This document shows positions 59,666 through 64,000 of a stretch of 64,000 bases of DNA, one piece after another. The stretch covers positions 13,206,001 through 13,270,000 of the forward strand of contig OZ249447.1 of the NCBI GenBank assembly GCA_965235115.1, given 5' to 3'. Each line of letters opens with the position of its first letter. The first letter of the stretch is position 1. Made by a program: the position numbers and the translations under genes. The stretch comes from Laetmonice hystrix (taxonomy: Eukaryota). The notes below the pieces were generated by a model. The model was given only the letters and a program-made list of their open reading frames with translations, was not told the DNA's origin and made no database searches.

Positions 59666-62600
59666 TGTTGTTATCTTGTTATCAACTTGGATCCTACTGT
59701 TCTCAATGGTGCTCTAACTGCGGGACCAATCGCACGTCCCAAACCATCTCACGTGACCGAACATGTAGACTGATAGCAGACTAGAAGTCTAGTTCTCCTG
59801 TAGTTAGTGTAGGTTCCTGGCCGTCAGCCCACATACACTCACGTGCAAACATACAATATTATTATTACATAGCGGCATTTTGAAATGTCGCAGGTAGAAA
59901 GTGATCGTATTGTCCTCGCATGAAATCATGTAGACGCTGCCAAAACGACATGACTGTCTTGCATTTGATTTAGAATTAATGGCATGGTTTTGTAGTGAAC
60001 GTAAAAGAAATCCAAAAACCAAGGCTCGATGGAAACTGTGAAATGAATATATCGAGTTGACTTTACTGTGATTGTCACGTGACTGAGAGTAGAGATGACT
60101 GATGCGACGTTATATAACGTAAAATGTACGGTGCCTCCCTCTGGTGAGAGGAAATGAAGTACTAGGGATGAGCTTCCTCGAATCATTGTTATTTTATTAA
60201 TACCACACTATACAGCACGCCTGTCTGTTTAAAAAATGATGAACTATTATTACAGCGTTTGTGTTGCGAGACCTATACAATACAATACACAAATATGCAG
60301 TGTTAAATTGGTACGTAACAATTATTTTGAGGAGTAACCTATTTATTGTAAATAATCCAGTATTTTCATGTTAATTTATTATTATAGCGACATGGTGCAA
60401 ATACCTGTACAATACGAGAGGTTCAGCATCCAATGTAAATACTCATTACAAAAATATCTTCACGTACGGTTTCATCAAAGATTTACAAAAGGAATGGGAG
60501 GGGGGGGAGTAAACTATTATACCGTGGACGAAATGATGGCAATGTATGCACTTCACGCAGTGTTAGTGTGCATTGAGACTTGTAGTAACATGGAAAGGAT
60601 CGTACCTAGGTGGGCGTATAAAGGAGGGGTCACTATAATTGTCGCCAGATAAAAATTGCAAGTCCTCCATCCGAGATGTTTTCTAACAGAGTTTGGACTG
60701 GCAGAGGAGTTCAGAATGTGATGTGCTAGCATGATTTCTACGGAAATCATGCTTCAAGGTATGCTTTGATAAGAATCAAAATGTCGAACACCAGAATCGT
60801 AAAACACTTATACTTCATTCAAACTACAAACCACCATTAACGAAGGTGAACCGTTGCGATCCGTGCTGCACGCTCCACATCGTTAAGACTATCATAGAAC
60901 TTTCTCTGTGGACACTCAGGCTCACGAAGTAAGCCATCCTACTCCTGTATCACAGCGGGTAACACAACTCGCTTCCTTAGCCCAGAAGGAGTCTAAGTGG
61001 AAATGTCATGAAAATGAGCTAAGCGCATTTTGCACTTCAGAGAAGTTATTTGGAAAAGGTTGTAAGTAAGTGTGAGTGCATAATGCAGCAGTTAATACAT
61101 TAGATGAAAAGTTGTAAGTGTAAATGTTTTTACTAGGTTAGCCGAGAAAGGTTCACACTTAGCTAAGATAACGCACTGAAGCGAATCGTATTTTAGACTT
61201 CAACTCGGTACAATAATTCCAGAATTCGCTTCTAATGCTTCCATCAAGTGCTGACCAACTATTAAGTACAATGGTGCATTGATTTCATAATCTGAAGATT
61301 GACAAGGTTTTCGGCCAGTCAGTTCCACAGAGTTTGTCCGAACTGGCTATAAATCATGACATGAAGCGTGAAGTAAGTAAAGAGGGCAATGGTGAAATAA
61401 CTCCTGGGTACGAACATGGTAATGTAGAACGAAGGGCAAACTGTTGTGCAGCCACTCCAGGTTAGACTGTGTTAGAGTAGAGAATAGAAGAAACGTTATA
61501 AGTATGCAAAATTGCCCCATGTCCCATCATGAAAGGCCTTACGCACTTGGATTTATATATAAATATATTGACCATTTGTGCCACTCAAGTGTTCCCTCAA
61601 GTGGTTGAGTCCCATCCTCGACATAGTCTGATATTACGCATTTATATATAATAAATGTCTTGGTATTGAACATGTAATCCTGAAGAAGATTTGGTATGTA
61701 GATCTGTGTGTTGTGCAAGCATGCTGTGAAATAATGCCACCAAGAGAAAAAGGTGGGGGGGGGGAGGTTAACGGTTAACTTAGTCAATGACAGGTATAGG
61801 TTTCTGGGTATAAGCTAGCTTTGGTTTAGTGTGTCTCTGATCACAGGAAAGCTGCATGTGCAGGTTCTGGGAGAGTCGTATGTCAGTAGCTCAGGGTTGT
61901 GGTATTATGTGTGGGGTGTCTGTGTATGTGTGCATAGAGCATCGACAACGGCACACACATGCGATTCTTGTGGCGATTTTCAACCTTTCAGCGTTAAGGA
62001 GACATATGTGCATCATCCAACCCAAAAATACTGGAATCGTAGCCATTACGGTAATAAAACTTTAGCATAGGTACATTGGAGCTCTCCTGGTTATAAGCCT
62101 GCCAGTTTCTGATAACGATGCTCAAACATGAGAAACTAATGTGTGAACAGTGCTCTTCTTTGCAGTTACTTGTACTTTCATTTTATTTCCCCAGGTTTAG
62201 ATATGCCGTCGTTGCCAGACCAAAGATGTATGCAGACGTATTTAAGAAACATCAGGGCAAAGAGACGTTTGTGGATGGTGGGGTTGTTGATTGATAAATT
62301 TACTATTAACTCGGATTACTTTGGGTACAACCCTATGTTGGTTCTGTATTTCTGTGAACCTGCTGTTTAAAGGATGAAAGGACATACCATTGAAGGTCAA
62401 ATATTTATGTTATCGGTGGCTGTAAGGACAGATTGATTCAGAGACTTTCAACTCTAATGGACATTTGGTTTCCCTACTCCTGACTTTGTATTTAGTATCC
62501 GTTTAGAATGTCAAGAATATGAGGTAAGACTACCAGGAATTGTGAGGGGATGTTCTCATAGTTCTATAATAAGGAAATCATTGGGTGGAGAAATATGTTA

Positions 62601-64000
62601 ACGCTTAACAGTATAAGATTGTACTTGGATATCGTCTTATAATATAAGTCAAAAACCTCCATATAGATTACTCTACTATATCTCGGGTCAAAGTAATCTC
62701 GTCATCGATATAATCTAGTCACCTTTCACACTCGGCTTGCTGCAAGGTAAACCTTGAGGTATTCAGAAGTTTGTACTAGCTTACTTCTGCTATGATATTT
62801 CTCGATTGTAATGAGATTGTAACATGGTATCTATGTGTGTACGGTGGTATTGAGGTCCGGAGAACCCAGTGAAAGGCTGGCGTGTATAATGTACACATAT
62901 ATATGTGGATAATGGACGCTTGTGTCAAATGTATAAAATGTAAAATCTGAGAAACGATGTTGAGATCATGAGTCGAGTAATTCCACTCATATCAAGAAGG
63001 TCCTGTTGATGTCAGTGTGTTTGGTTTTCCGCCATTACTCAGAATAATAGCAGTAGAGGCAACCGTTTTGAAGACACACGTAGATTGTTTTTAGATCATC
63101 GGTTTGAGAGTAAAATCTTCAACTTTGATTTCATCTTGGAAAGTCCCGACTTTTGGTGAAAGTAAGAAACAAGAATGATTCGGTTCTATGCATTTATGAT
63201 TTCACGATACAGAGATCCACTTATTTGGTTACTTGGTATTCAGTTGTGCCTCTATGTACCGCTTCGACGTACCGTGGTTCTTTAAAACGTAGGAATGGAC
63301 CTGGAACTGATGAAGTCGACCAAGTTCATCACGCAACCAGTCGTTGTCGACTATATTCTACTTGTATATTTTGTATAAAGTTGTTATTATCTGCAGTATG
63401 AAAAATAAAGTTCCCATTTTGTATTCCGATTCCAGCGTCATGTAGCTTTTTCATGGATCAAACATATTACCCCTCTTTCTATCCCCCCCCCCCCGTGCTC
63501 CCGACCACGTTTATCAAATGCGTGTCAATGTAGTTTGCACGCCACACGCTATTCTCACTTATCTCTATGGTGTCTTCATCTATCATATCATTATCATCAC
63601 AGTACGTCAGGAAATTTGATATATTTTATTAGCAAACCTTCAGGGGGGAAAGTGCAGGAACATTCGAAAAATGAAGAGTACATCTCTAGCCGTGTTAGCC
63701 TTTTTGAAGTTATTATACGTACTTATTTATTACGTAGGACAACAAGAATGAAATGGCAGTCTGTAAACGCAGAACAAATTTATCATACAAGTACCACTAA
63801 AACAATTGAACTCATACATTGATTCAAATCCCGCCACAATTACTGGTATTTGCATACACTGCATTCGTCATCGCTTTGTTTACTAGTACCTTTCTTTTTG
63901 GTATCGGGCCACGCGTATCCAATCTCGTATGGTAAAGACACGTGACTATACCGGGTGGTTTATTGTATGCGACGTTATAATATTTATTATGCTGATTTTT

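Noticed and set aside
59665-64000. Short ORFs in the last 4.3 kb as a neighbouring gene
   Set aside because: All are under 100 aa with no recognisable domain or chain of in-phase splice sites; the region is probably 3' UTR or intergenic.

Overview
This is eukaryotic (animal) genomic DNA, not prokaryotic; a lophotrochozoan-like invertebrate is my unconfirmed guess. It contains the middle and 3' end of a single + strand gene, the ELKS/ERC/CAST (ERC1/ERC2, bruchpilot-related) presynaptic active-zone scaffold. I could splice 14 shared coding exons by hand (25897-55460, 756 codons) with canonical GT-AG sites and consistent phases. Two alternative C-termini follow: a short exon ending in IWA-stop (56113-56139) and two exons encoding an ERC1a-like, FIP-RBD-type end (56858-57495). 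The conserved N-terminal exon (SIKTFWSPELKKER-type motif) was not found in the first 25.9 kb and probably lies upstream of the window. The non-coding DNA holds about 17 larger unrelated minisatellites (roughly 13% of the window), three MITE-like elements, decayed retroelement-like remnants and several clustered transcription-factor motifs. The most unusual features are a ~40-copy 43-bp minisatellite built from an exon/intron junction that multiplies a splice donor, a second donor-containing repeat with a nested TA-TSD MITE, and candidate cassette or micro-exons. I saw no CRISPR array, rRNA, tRNA or intact transposon ORF. All homology statements come from recalled protein sequences, not database searches.
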